Assembly: GCF_009914755.1 (NCBI RefSeq)
Contig: NC_060935.1
DNA length: 64,000 nt
From: the human T2T-CHM13v2.0 reference genome, Homo sapiens
Reading direction: 5' to 3' (one strand)
Shown here: positions 1 through 14,680 of the stretch, piece after piece
Layout: each line of letters starts with the position of its first letter
Position numbering within the stretch: position 1 is the first letter of the stretch
Made by a program: the position numbers and the translations under genes
The notes under the pieces: generated by a model
What the model was told of the DNA's origin: nothing
What the model saw: only the letters and a program-made list of their open reading frames with translations
Database searches by the model: none

Positions 1-1795
1 AAATTCTCACTAGAGACTAAACTGAGATAACTAAACTCATTTTAGTGATGGGTTTAGTCCGTTTTAGTGATTGGGCCAAGGTTTGTCAAGGTGAACTACA
101 AATGCATTAATATCCACAGTGCTGCCAAATGCTGAATTATTAACACTGTCAGCTCCTCGGTTTCAGTTCATTCTCTATAGAGGAGTCTTGTGAGATTCAT
201 CAGAACTTAGTCTTGCAACATGTTTACCAGCATCCTGGAGGTAACATGTCTTCAGCTGAAAATAAGATGACTCTCAACCAAGGAAACCACTATTGAGGCC
301 AGACTGAGGTTTATAAATGCAAAGAACCAGTCTGTAGTGAAAGGAGCAGATGAAGTCAGGTGACACCTCATGCCAGATCCTTGCCAAGTCACTCGAGATA
401 CCAGGCAGATGACTTAAGGTGGCTGTTCATTTGCCAGGATCAACAGCATTATGTACAAAATCTATTAGTTATGTATGTCAATGCAGTATCTGAGGACCAA
501 AAAGGGTGCTGAAAAATGGCTCCAAAATGACAATGGTTTATCGATGTATTCTATTGACTGGGCAAATTCCTTAGTTCTCTTAACCAAACATAGTTATTTA
601 ACCGAAGGAGTCCTGAATTTTTCCTCCAGTGAAGAAATAAAAGATTTCCTTGTTTCTATGCTAGAACCACCTTCAAAGTTCCCATATATCCAAATTAGTT
701 TTGTGGGTAAGTGCACATTAAAAGTAGTCTTTTATAAACTGGGAATTTAGAGTATAATTATTTTTGAAAATCAAAGGTTTTTAAACTTTACTCATACCTT
801 ATATTCTATCTTGATGGGAAAGTGAAATAAAAACTGATTTTTATGCACAGAATGAATAAATGAATACAAAAGGGTTCAAGACTTGTGAAAACTAGGATTT
901 CTGATACTCTGTTTTTCAATCTTTCATTCAATAGATATGCTGCCTATAAATAGAAGCATTCCTGAAAAATATTGAATTGTGGTAGTAAAATAGTTTAATT
1001 TGTGCATAAAACTTAATAATCCTAATATGTTTAAACACAAGTTAAACCTAGAACATGTGAAAAACTTAGGTGTATAAATGATGTAGGCCTCCTTAGTACT
1101 GGATCATAAAAATGCAATGCAATCCTAATTTGCCATGGAAATAGGAAATAAATGTGAACATCAGTTACACTCATGTATATTATACTTAGGCTCTTACACA
1201 AAGTGATAAGGAATCACAAAGTCCTTCTTGAAGCATTTTTCCTTTCCTCATCAGAAGATAGAGAATGTCTAAAACAAAAGAAACTAATAGTTAATGGGCC
1301 CACTATTACCAAATATATAATAAATTTTCTCTATCCATCATATAATCTTCTCAACAACCATACCCATTTAACAGATGAAGGAATTGTGACTCAGGCCACG
1401 TAATTTGATCAGAGTTGCATCAAGTGAAGCCCTAGTGTATTCAACTCCAAGGTCCATTTGTTCTTGCTGCTATACTATGCTTACTTAAAGCCTACACCAT
1501 GTTTGCATTTATGCTATTTTCTATTATTTAGAATTCTTTTTTGCTTCTTAGTTTATCCATCCCCACCGCTTTCTTCCAAGGTCCACCTACTCCAAAAAGT
1601 ATGTTGAGTTTTAGCAGTTTGTTTAAAAGCCCTTACAGCAATGGTTGAAGTTATACTGACTCACACAATTGCATTTTGTAATGTTACCAATGTTATCATG
1701 TATATTACAGCATTGTGCTGAAGGTATCACAAAATTGTTTCATTGACACATCACAATATATCTCTTCCACTATACTCTCACCTTCACAGGAACTT

Positions 1796-1830
1796 GATGG
1801 TGATGATAATGATGATGACGATGATGATAA
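1796..1830 (+). repeat. (GAT)n imperfect trinucleotide microsatellite
   Basis: gatggtgatgataatgatgatgacgatgatgataa. Confidence 0.8.
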
Positions 1831-2487
1831 TATATATCATATAATGATGTTATATATACTACACACCTCAACCAACCACCTTTTGCTCTCATGTTGCTCT
1901 CTGGTGCCCCAAAACCTTACTTTCCTCTCTGCTTTCATTTACTCAAATGTTCTTAGATTTCCAAACCACCTCTCTTTCCTTCCCAATCAAAAATTCTATT
2001 CCTGAAGATTTCATAAAAGGCATAAGACACTCAGTTTTTCTTTTATGTAACAAATATTTAAGCACTTACTATATGTTGGAAACTAGGGATGGGTAGACAA
2101 GGCAGATATTTCTCTAAGAGCTTACAATCTGCCACAAGACACAGAAAAATATTTGTAACATAGATTTGTAAATGTTGCAATAAAAGTATGCTAACCCATA
2201 GTATATTCACCTACTTTGTACCCACAAAAATTAAAAATTTATTTTTAAAGTATGCAAAAAAGTAATATGGGTACAAAGAATAAAGAATAAGCAATCACTT
2301 GGGAAATAAGTAGTTCAGGAAGGCTTCATATAAGAGGCTTGATAAGATAAAGCTTCACTGATGAACAGGAAGCAGGAAGAGGAACAGCAATAGTAACCAT
2401 CTTTTATCGAATACTTTCTATGTGTGAAGCACTCTTAATTAAAATGCATACTTTATATATATTATGTAACATTCCTCACATTTGTGA

Positions 2488-4060
2488 AGACTTCTGCCTC
2501 TGGCCAAGATGGACTAACAGCGACCAGATTTATCCTGCTGGCTTAGACTACTAAAAAACTGGGCAAAATACATGAAAACAGGAAGCAGCAAAAAAATAGT
2601 GATTCCTGAGAAAGGTAAAACAAATGAAGTCATCCCTACAATTGTCCCAGCTTACTGCATAGAGAGAGAAACTACTGACTGCAATGCACAGAGGTGAACT
2701 CTAATAACTTCAGTGAGTTAAGAAGATGGAGCTTGTAGTCTAGAGGAGCCAAGGTATCTACAGTTTGTAGAGCAGAGCAATGGCAAAAAGATACCTGCAT
2801 ATAGAGTTCCAGAGATATGCAGAGAGTCTGACAAAAACTTAAGCAAGTACTGATTAGTACATGTATATGAAGAAACTAACCAAGGTTAGGGAAAGATACA
2901 CTTAAAAGGAACAGAAGGAACAAACCCCAGAGCTCATCCAAGGCCAGGAATAGGTCATTCTCCCATCATCAAAAGTGTAAAGCTTCATAATACAAGGAAC
3001 GCTGATCAGAGTATTAGAATGGTATTGCATCAGTAGTGAAGAGAATGATCCCTGTACTAAAGGCCATCCTGGTTCCAAATGACAGAGCTTAAAAGCAAGC
3101 ACTGAAAGCATGACAGAGCATAAAAGCAAGAATCAAACTATTTCCACTTTAACTGCATACCAGAAAAAAAAGTTCAAAAATATTTATAGAAATACAAAAA
3201 TACTGAGCACTTAAAATCGTGAAATTTACACTCTCTGGCATCTAATAAAAATTTACCAGCCATACCAAGAAGCCACACAAACAAAATACAACTCATGAAG
3301 GAAAATCAATCAATTGAAACTGATCCAGAAATGACATAGATGATAAAACTAGTGGACAAGGATATTAAAACAGCTATTATACTTGCATTTCATTTGTTCA
3401 TGGAGCTAAAAGAAAGACTTAATATATTAAGCAAAGAAATAGAATATATTTTTAAAGATTCAAGTTGAATTTATAAAGATGAAAACAGACTATCTGAGAT
3501 GAAGAATTCACTGGGTAGAATTAAAAGCAGATTAGACACTGCGGGACAAAAATACGTGAACTTGAAGACTTATAAATAGAAACAATCTAGAATGAAACAA
3601 AATGTGGGGTGAAAAAGATGAAGAAAATGAACTGAAAATCAGGGAGTTGCAGTGAGTTGTAGGACAACTTGAAGCTGCATAATATACATGTATAATATGG
3701 AGGGGCACGAACAAAAATTTTTAAGAAATAATGGCTGAAAATTTTCCAGATACAATGAAAACCACAAACCCACAGATCCAAGCATCTCAAATAACCTCAA
3801 TCTCAAGAAACATTAAGAAAACTACACCAAAGCACATGATAATCAAATTGCTTAAAAACAGTGATAAGGGGGGGAAAAAAGCAGCCAGAGGAAAATGGCA
3901 TATTACATATAAAGAAACATATATAAGAATTACAGCAGACTGATTTTTGAAAATAATGCAAACTAAAAGACTATAAATCAATCAGTATATTTAAAATATT
4001 GGACAACCAAAAAGCCCATCTGAAATTACTATACTTAGTGGAATAAAATTTTTTCAGAAA
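2488..4060 (+). mobile_element. Old L1M (L1MC/MD/ME-type) 5' region with decayed ORF1
   Basis: Starts with the L1M-type 5' motif gacttctgcctctggccaagatgg; ORF 3731-3943 (MAENFP...TTPKHMIIKLLK...IRITAD) resembles the L1 ORF1p RRM/CTD. Confidence 0.75.
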
Positions 4061-5049
4061 TATAAAATGAGTTTCCCAAGGACAAATGACTAGGTTTTGT
4101 ATCAGTAGCCTTTTGCTCCTCTTTTTCATGTACATATATTTTATCTCCACTCACAAACTGATTATAAACTCCTCCAGACTAATTCTTCCTTTTCTATTTT
4201 GAATCCCACCTCATGTCCAGAAGATCTCTGAGTTCATATTCTTATAGTGTGAAGGAACGAATGAATGTTAGTGTTAGTATGAATGATAAGGTAATATGAA
4301 TGACAAGGATCCCCAACAAGGTCACTTTGACTTTATTCTGTTTTTTTAAGTCTATTTTTTAATTTTTATTTCAATAAGTCTTTTCTCACTTATGACTATG
4401 TTCTCCTGCACTATTTCCTCATCTTGAAAAGGACAAGTAGAAGAGAGCCTGCATCTTAAGTATAATATTTGCTGCAACTATATCTCATGTGGACAAGGAC
4501 AGAATGTGGCAATATAACCAGGGAGTCATAGTCATCACTTTATCTGAGAGAGTTTTAAAAGTAACCAAACTCCATGTGCACCTGTTCTATTCTTCACAGA
4601 TGCCATGTACTAATCCCTATGTGAGAGCCACCTGATGAAAAAGCCATAATCTCTAGTATCTTCAATTTTCTCATACTCATGGTAGCTAAGTTTTACCTTA
4701 TGTCTCTGAAATCATCAAGGCCCTGCCTACACACTTTAGGTCCTAGCCTTAATATCTTTTGTATTTATGTTATGCCTCTAATTCCTCAAGGCAATTATAT
4801 TTTCAAGGATATCCTCATTCCTTTAAAACTGTGTCTTTTTCCCAGTCTTCCGTGGGAAGAAAAAAAACTGTTAATTTTCAGTGAGGATCTAATTTATGAG
4901 ATGGAAATGGATTTGCACACTGACAAGAGATATTTAGTACAATCATTTCCCTCTGACTTTTCAAAAATTCAATACTGTGATGAACAAGAAGAAAGCAATA
5001 GGAGTCATTTTGACTCCTTTCCCTTTTGCTTCCCATAACATATACCCTT

Positions 5050-5865
5050 ACCAGTCTTATTCATCACTTGTTTAAATCTTTTACCTTTTACCTGAAATTT
5101 TGCAGTAGTCCTCACAAGTTGCTTCTGTAGCTTCTCTTTTTTTTAACCCTCTAATCCACTCTACTAACTATTCACTGAATTAATTTTTCAAAAGCGAAGC
5201 TCTTGGCATGCTCCTGGACTATTTGGTTGTGATGGTCCCCTATGATCTACCGAATGCCTTAGCTTAGCCTTATGGATCACGATGATATGATCACACTAAA
5301 TTTTCTAGCCTATACATACCTATACCTAAATCCACCTGAACTTATTGTTTCCTATCCCATACTATGTGCTTCCATTCGTCTAGCCCATATTCCCCACACT
5401 TGTGCTAGTCCCCTTACTAGCAGGATGCTCCTTTCTTCATCTCCTATTCCACTGACAAAATCCCACCCAACTCTCAGAGAACATCAAAAAGTCATTTCTT
5501 AATGTACTTCCTCTTAAAGGGATATATATCTTAAATTTTTTGAACCTCCTAGAGTAGTATTTTTAACTCTATTAAGGCATTTAACATTCTGCATAGGAAA
5601 TTCCATCTCCTCTCTTCTGTGTATCTCCTCTGCAATAACAAATGCAATTTAATTAGCATTTTCCTTCTTTGAGCCATGCATTGGTTCACTTAGACACTAG
5701 CGACACAAATAAAAGGAATAAGAGAGTTTAATAATTATGTCTAGACTCTAAGGTTCTTGAGGGCAGGGACTTTGTATAATACATTTGCGTTTGTTTCCAA
5801 TGCAGCATCTAATGCTGTGCTTTGAAAAAAGTCAGTAATTAGTATATACTTGTGGAGCTGAATTA
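5050..5865 (+). mobile_element. L2 (LINE2) 3' fragments, highly diverged
   Basis: L2 3' motif ctagactctaaggttcttgagggcagggac at ~5741, with pyrimidine-rich L2-like body upstream. Confidence 0.5.
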
Positions 5866-7074
5866 GTTTCCAACAGGTACAAAGCATTATTCTTGGAAGA
5901 AAACATTTGCTACCAAAAAAGGATTTGTCTTAACTGGGAAAACAGATAACCACATCTTTAAATAGCTTTCAGAGATGAAGATGAAAATTAGATTAACCAC
6001 TGGTTATACCATCCAGAATGAAGATCCTAATAGTGTCAGAACACTTCTCACTATGCTATTAACTTGCAAGCAGGCCAGCCTGCTTCAAACAATAAACTAC
6101 CATATGCCTGAAGCTTCAATATTGCAATTTGGTTCAGGTAAAGATAGTTATTGCTTCACATCTGTTTCTGGTACTGTCTTGGGAGTTTATATAGGACACT
6201 TTAAGTTGTCAAGATTTAAATAAGTATCTATTCAATATATCTGGGAGACAGCTACTTCCTGTTTGACCTAATCACATCCACAAAGTGTTTACTCTCATCA
6301 TGCTTACGTTTCCTCCTTTCCTGGAAAGCAGAACGGAAAGGCAGAGTAAAGTTTTTTTAAAGATGGCATAAGGAATAAAAAGACATGAAAATGGTCAAAA
6401 GCATTATGCAAAAACAAAACAATTCCTCTCAATTGTATTTATTAATAACAATGAAAAAAATTAATCAGCACAACTGGGGTCACTGCTAAAAGACCAAACC
6501 AAGCCCCTGTGCCTGGCACCTGCCAGGCTAAGTGCTCCTTTGGTTGAGCCCAACTCCTCCCACAGTGACACACTTCTCCTCCAGGAAAAAAACTCAGCAG
6601 GGCAGGCAACAATCACTCTGTCCATTACTGAAAGTCAACTTAGCAGCCCAAGGACCAGATTAAGGGTCAGTTGCAGAGAAAGAGGGAGAGAAGTGCACTC
6701 TCTTTGAGTAGGAGAAACAGAAACCTAAAAATCAAGACCCTGGAATCTGTATTTCTAGAGAGAACTATCACCATAAGATGGTTGCAATATTCCAATAGGA
6801 TGAGAAAAGGACTAGGCAGGCCTTTTTCATGGCATTCAGCCTCAGACTAAGATATAACACTTCTAGGGCCAAATATTTGAGGTGCTCTGAAACAGCTCAA
6901 CCTGTGAAAATTTTATCAGATAAATTTGTAATTGAGAATATTCTAAATGAAATAAAACCCTGCTGGTGTACCAGAATGGGAACAAATTGGTTCCAAACTC
7001 AGATCAACTGTTTAAATCCCAGTTCTGCCTTTTTCTTCCTTTCATTCATTCCTTCCTTGTCTTTATATATTTTT

Positions 7075-7275
7075 TGTTCATTTACTCATTCTTTCAACAA
7101 ACATTTATTGGGAACATACTATACATCAGGCACTGTGCTAGAAACTCCATATACAAGTTTGAACAAAACAGTCATGGTCTCTTCCCTGACAGAGCTTTTA
7201 GACTAGTGTAGAGACTACACATTAAATAAATATACAAATATGTGATAAATACCAATCATTTTAAGTGCTAAGAAG
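7075..7275 (-). mobile_element. L2 3' end fragment
   Basis: ttcaacaaacatttattgggaacatactatacatcaggcactgtgctag is the reverse complement of the L2 terminus. Confidence 0.7.
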
Positions 7276-7334
7276 GCAAAAAAGAAATCAGAATTTAGAG
7301 AAACCAACTGGGTATTGCAGGGGAGGAAGCTATC

Positions 7335-7420
7335 TTACAATAGAGTTGAAAGGATTAAAAACAACATGTAAGTGCTTAGCACAATGTCTAGCACATACAG
7401 GTTCTTAACACAAGCAGCAA
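7335..7420 (+). mobile_element. MIR 3' fragment
   Basis: aggattaaa...atgtaagtgcttagcacaatgtctagcacatacagg. Confidence 0.55.
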
Positions 7421-9521
7421 CTGTTTTTTGGTTAACTTCTCTATGCCAAGTATAGACCCTCGACTGTCTATTCTCTCCCATTCTTTCCCCACCACAGAAA
7501 CTTGGAAGTGTTGGAGCACTGTTAGGTACTATTGTGGGAGAGGTGCAGGCTGTTCCCTCTAGATATTTCAAATTACTTCACAGCTGGCCATTCTAACAGT
7601 CTTATATATAATCATAACTTCAACCAATCCACAACCTTCTTTCAGGCATATTTGAGTTTTATCTTTTGTGTAGTATCCTTGAGATAATTTATAAACTTTA
7701 CCTTTTTGGTTCAGTTGGATATTTATCCCTTTTATCCCTAAGTTAAATTACACTCAACAAATGACCAACATCAACAATTGAGATGAACTCATTCTGTGTG
7801 GAAGAAATGCCAGAGAAACACAACTAGGGACATCCCTGATGGTTATAACTTTATGGTTATACAGGATATCTCACTGTAAGAGATCTTTCTAAAAAATTTA
7901 AAATTCTCCTTTTAAGATCAAGATTATTTCTCTATCCTGTTCTTAGAGAGCAAATATTCAGTAAGCCTTAAAATTTCACAAATCCCAATTCAAGTTTAGT
8001 AAACTGCTGGCCCAATAAAGACTATAATTTCTTTCTAATTATCCTATCTTCATCACCCCCAAAATAGTAAAACTAATTCCAACAGTTCCTTAGTTTCTTT
8101 GATTGCCCAAAGTGGACTAGAGTGCCTTTAGTTTATATAAGAAACCCAATCAGTACTCTTCAGTTCTTAATCAAAAAGGTGACCCTGCATACAATTTAAG
8201 ATACATGTCTTGGGTACTATCACACAACTCAGCACATAGCATACAGACTAATTAGAAACAATCTCTTTCTAAATGAAAAAAAAAAGGAAGGACAGAAGGG
8301 AGGGGAGAAAGGAAAAGGAAGGGGAAGGGAAAAAGGAGAAAGAATATTCATTACACTGTAAGTCACTTGTCAGAAAAATGATTCCAAAGAGTTTCCCAAC
8401 CCCCAAAACTAAAAACATCATATACCACATTAGAAACCTAATTCACCTGATTATTTGATCTATCAGATATAAAGATGCTTCTTGGTCATAGTTACAATGA
8501 ATGAGAACTTTCTAAAGGTCTCCAATATACAATATCAGAGTGTAATACATAGATGATTATTTTCATACACATCTATATTAATCTTTACCGAGAGAAAGCA
8601 AAATTGTTCTCATTGGTTTTTACCAAGTAGGCACACATTTCCTAAAATTCCTAAAGTTGTACTTAGAAGGCACTGAGTTGAAATAAATAAACTTTACATA
8701 AATCAGGGGGGAAAAACTGTAGAACTCCTTTTACATTGGTATTGTCTGATCCGAACAAGTATTTCCACATCTTAAAAAAGTCCTCAAATCCATTTTGTGA
8801 TTCTACAAAAATCTCTTATTTCAATCATTTACTGTTTAACTTATCTCTCTGCCTTTTTCTCCTCTTCTTAATTACTGCAATGAAGTAGGAGGAACAGGTA
8901 TTTCCTCCATTTGTTCAACCACATTGTCTCAAAAACTCCAAGGCCCTCAAAGTTTTCTGACACTCAACTCTCTTGTTTATACCCACACTTTTCATGTCTG
9001 ACTTTCTCAGCCTTCTCCCAGATATTGCCATTTAGTTATCTGTCCTGTGACTACAATTCCAGGGAAAAACTCTAACTAGTCACAAAGTCAACATAAACAG
9101 TGGCTTCCACATACTGCCTCTGCCAGGACAAATCTCAGAATGTTTTAATCCCTTAAAACTGCCAGCTATCCAATGAGCATACACTTACTACTATGTCAGA
9201 TATCAAAATATGTGAGATCAATCTCACCTTTAAAACAATCCATTCTGATTAATGATTCTACTATATATATATAATAATGGAAAAAAATACATCTGGATTT
9301 CTTCATTTTGTTCAGTGAAACATCAGAATACTAGTGGCTGTAATTAAAACTAAGTGATAGGCTTGTCACCAGCCTGCCTTAGTTTTAAGGAAAGAAAGAA
9401 TCTATATTCTGCCCAACACAGGCATTTATAGGAGTGGAGACTTGGGTTCCATTAATGCTGTTGCTTAATTATCTACGATGTCAGGATAAAAAAGGGAAAA
9501 ACAATTAACTGTAAAACATAC

Positions 9522-9637
9522 CTTTTGTTGTGCTTGTGTGCTCCAAAGGTATAAAATAGCCCAGAGGTGAAATAAAAATAGAAAATCTGCTTTTATTAAT
9601 GAATTCATTCACTTAAGTTTATATCAAACTGTGTGAG
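9522..9637 (-). other. Candidate spliced exon (116 nt) of a minus-strand transcript
   Basis: Minus strand: acceptor ctctttctctttcttttcag|C at 9638/9637 and donor AAG|gtatgt at 9522/9521, in unique sequence. Confidence 0.5.
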
Positions 9638-10276
9638 CTGAAAAGAAAGAGAAAGAGCTAACTCCAGTACAGTTTGTATCCAAAGAAAACTCCACCCACA
9701 TAAACTCTCTAGTAACATAACAAGTTTTAAGTCCTTGGGGTAGAGACCATCTCTTCTTCTTTTGTAAGCACTGTGCCAAGCCTATAGTGCTAAGCAAATA
9801 ATAATAATAACAAGCATTACATCACATGAACAAACTTTTTTGAATAATTAAACATTAAGAATATTCTCTTTTGCCAGTTATCTATAAAAGGTGATGTTTT
9901 GGAAATTATTCTTTTTATACTGTCATTGCCTCATGTCTTTGAATACCTCCAGCAATAAATATGTAAGTCATACTCAGAGAGAGAATACACAAAATGCTTT
10001 ACCTTTATTGGCAATCTTTAACTCACATTTTTATGCTTTGGAGCTAGCAAAAATTTGGTGAAATTATAATCATTTTTACCAATATTACAAAATAACATAA
10101 AATATGAACTTGAGATAAAACTATATGCTGAGAGTGACACATTTCACTTATTAATCTTTATAAGCTGAATAGTTACTAAAATATTTCTATCTAAAAACCT
10201 GAGTAATCAATGACTTCACTTTTTCCTGAATTATAGACAGACTGTATTTCACATCTTATAGATCACTGTTATAAAA

Positions 10277-11637
<1,361 letters not shown>

Positions 11638-14529
11638 GACATGCTAAAGGTTAAATAACAACAAAAAAGCCAGCTATGCCCAATTAGTGTATTTATTGAC
11701 ACTTCTTCACTTCTTTATATGTGAGACCACCACTAAGCTTAAATAATGGCTTTATTTCCCCTTCTCTACATGCACTTAGTTCCTTTCAATATTAATGAAA
11801 GCTATGTAATAATACTGGAAGATGATTAAGCTTATCTTCTTGGTTAGAAACAAGTTCAGAAAGCAGCTTTTTAGGGAAATATTCAAATTTATTAGCAGCT
11901 CTTAGAAAATTGCCCCCAACCACCACATTGTTTCCAATCTCAAGTTAAAAAGAAGTTTTCTCCATCGGGCACTGAATCACTTTAATGTTGACTCTTGTGC
12001 AACTCTACTCCACCTTCAAATGTATCCAGTAAATTCAACTTTAACTACAGTACTATAAAAATGTGAAAGAACTATAACAGCATCTTAAAAAAAAGAGCTG
12101 TTTGCACTATATTACTTTGGAGAAAACCCTAAACTGAATACTAATGCAAAAATTTAATGATAGTTTGCCTAGTTGCCAAAAGAGTTACAATAATTATTTT
12201 GCTATAATGTGTAAGTTGTTTTGCAGGCATCTGAAAATACTAGTGTGTAGGATTCAGAGTAAGTCCTCAAAGTGTCATTGTTCTTGTGGGTTTGTTTTTC
12301 AGTATCAATAAATCATCAATATACGATCTTCACTGTAACACTGTCCTCTGATTAGAAGATTGCCTTATGAGTTCTGCTTCTTTAATAAGTCAGCTTCTTT
12401 GATCGGCACCCAACATGGATCCACCTCACACCAATTCCACATTATAGTGAATACAGGATTATGAGGTCATGGTAAAACATTCAGACAGAATCAATACAGT
12501 TTTACTTCCATTTTCCTTTATAAACTACAACCAAATTTTTAGAGTTGAAAAGTAAACCAAGATCAAATTTAGACATGTTGTTTGAAATTAGCGAAGATGA
12601 AACACTTCAGTGCCAGACAAAAGCCCTGATTTTAAGAGTAGGTTTTTGCCTTCCTGAAATGCCTAGCTCAGGCTGTGTATTTTTATGCCTGCAGATATTG
12701 GCATGTTTCACATTTAAGATTATGACACACCAACTTATTTTGAAATTTTGAAAATGTTCCACCGCGCATGTTTCAAATGCTTCATGACTATCACTGATAA
12801 TTGAGCAATTAACTTGAAATTACCAAATGTGCTGTGGTGGCACAATATGTAGTAAGCAACATGGAAGAATAAAGAACAGAGGAACTTGGTACAGCGAAAA
12901 AAAAAAAAGTAATAAAGTGTAAAATAGGCCATAATAATAATAATAGTAACTGAGTAAATTTTAATGGTCCCAGGTCTCAGTGGTTTAATAGTGCCAGTAA
13001 AATGGTTTAATGAAACAAGTCCAGAGTATTAACAAACTTTTTAGAGCAGTTTGTTCTGGTGCTACAAAAACGAAGCCTCTTTCTAACTGGCCTTGTGCAA
13101 TATTCAGGGACTGGTCCAAAAAGTAAGTGCAGGAGTTTCATTAGACAACAAGCACAAAACAATTAGGTTAAAAACTCTGACAGATTCTTAAGAAATACAA
13201 GCTTGCAAAAAAGAGATGTAAGGTCTTACTTTAAATGTTAAGACAGACAAAGCAAAAATTCTAGGGTTAAAGATGACCTCAAAAAGTCATCAAGCTATTG
13301 TGAACCTATTTGCAAATCAAAAATTAAGACACATGGCTTAACATGAAGACTGAAAGATAAAACTCAGCTATACTGGAAAAACCAGAATTCCTCTTCACTG
13401 TTTATTCCATTAAGGTCTCCAACAATGGGCTTTTCTGACTAAAACCATAGTATGACAATAAAGAGTAGCATTTTTGTCCTTAAACACAGTCAGTGAAGCA
13501 AATTTCATACACCTAAATCCTACCTTATTTTGGTGGCAGGCCATTTTAAAGGTTTGCAAGAAAAAACAGTAATTCAGAAAGTCAGAGAGGGAAAAAAAGA
13601 TTCAAAACTACAGCAAATAAAAAGCACTATTAAAAATATTTTTTTCTCAAAATTCCATCAATACAGCTCCAAAACACCACTAAGAGATTAAAAATAGGCC
13701 AGGCTGTCCTTTCAGGTATAAATTAGAAACAGAAAGTAGAGAGGGCAAAAAGAACAAGTATCTAAGGGACCTAGTATATAAAATTTAAAAGCTTAAAATG
13801 TAATGGGTATACACATTCAGATTAGCAAACTCCTTTCAATTAAAGTAGATTTCTGGCCACATTTCACAAATGTATAGTAGCTGTGTGTATTAATGTAGAT
13901 ACTTCAAATGTCAGTATATCTCTAATTAACATGAGCACACAACTGTAAAACTGAGAAGGCACAATTTTAAATTCCTTACATTCCCAGCATTAATGCTTTC
14001 ATGGGGCAGCTCCCGTTGTCATGGAAAATGGCATTCAAGCCCTATTTGTGGATTTTCACAGCTCATCTTTTTTATTTACCTGCTCTATGTCAAGATTAGC
14101 CTGGAATAATATTTTTTAAAGATAACGCACTTAGACCTACTTGTCCTTAAAATCACAGATATTCTCACTGAGGGATCTTTGGTCTGGGCTATGCTCAGTT
14201 TTAAACAGATTTCTTTCCATTTTAAAATGCCACAAAGACATGATTTTGTGATTTTTGTTTGTTTGCTTCCCTAAAAATCTATGTAATTCAAAAAATTTCA
14301 GCTGAAGCATGACATGTGGCAATTTTGGAATAGAGGAGTAGGAAAATATCAGGGAGGACCAAATGGTCCAGGAACCTGAGGAAATGAAGTCAGTGGTAGA
14401 AGCGTCTCTACAATCTCCTCCCCGACTTAGTCTATCTCAAAATTTCAAAAATATTTATACAGCAACCAAGTGAAGACTGAGATAGTGATCAAAAACAAAA
14501 GAGAGCTGAAATTCTCTCTGAAAGAGGAA

Positions 14530-14680
14530 AGCACGGTGTTGTGAAAGGAGCACTAAATTTATACCATGAATTCAAGGTTTGAATCCTGCTACTCTGCAAA
14601 AATAAAGATAATTCCTACTCATTCCACAGAGTTTTCATGAAATTCAGCCAATTAAATGTCTGCAGAATCAAGTGTTATAC
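14530..14680 (+). mobile_element. MIR fragment
   Basis: ggtgttgtgaaaggagcactaaa...aaggtttgaatcctgctactctg resembles the MIR 5' half. Confidence 0.45.

Noticed and set aside
788-802. Strong minus-strand donor AAG|gtatga
   Set aside because: No convincing partner acceptor at exon distance
475-9500. Short 60-125 aa ORFs in unique or old-repeat sequence
   Set aside because: No recognisable domains, many non-ATG starts, composition typical of random AT-rich frames
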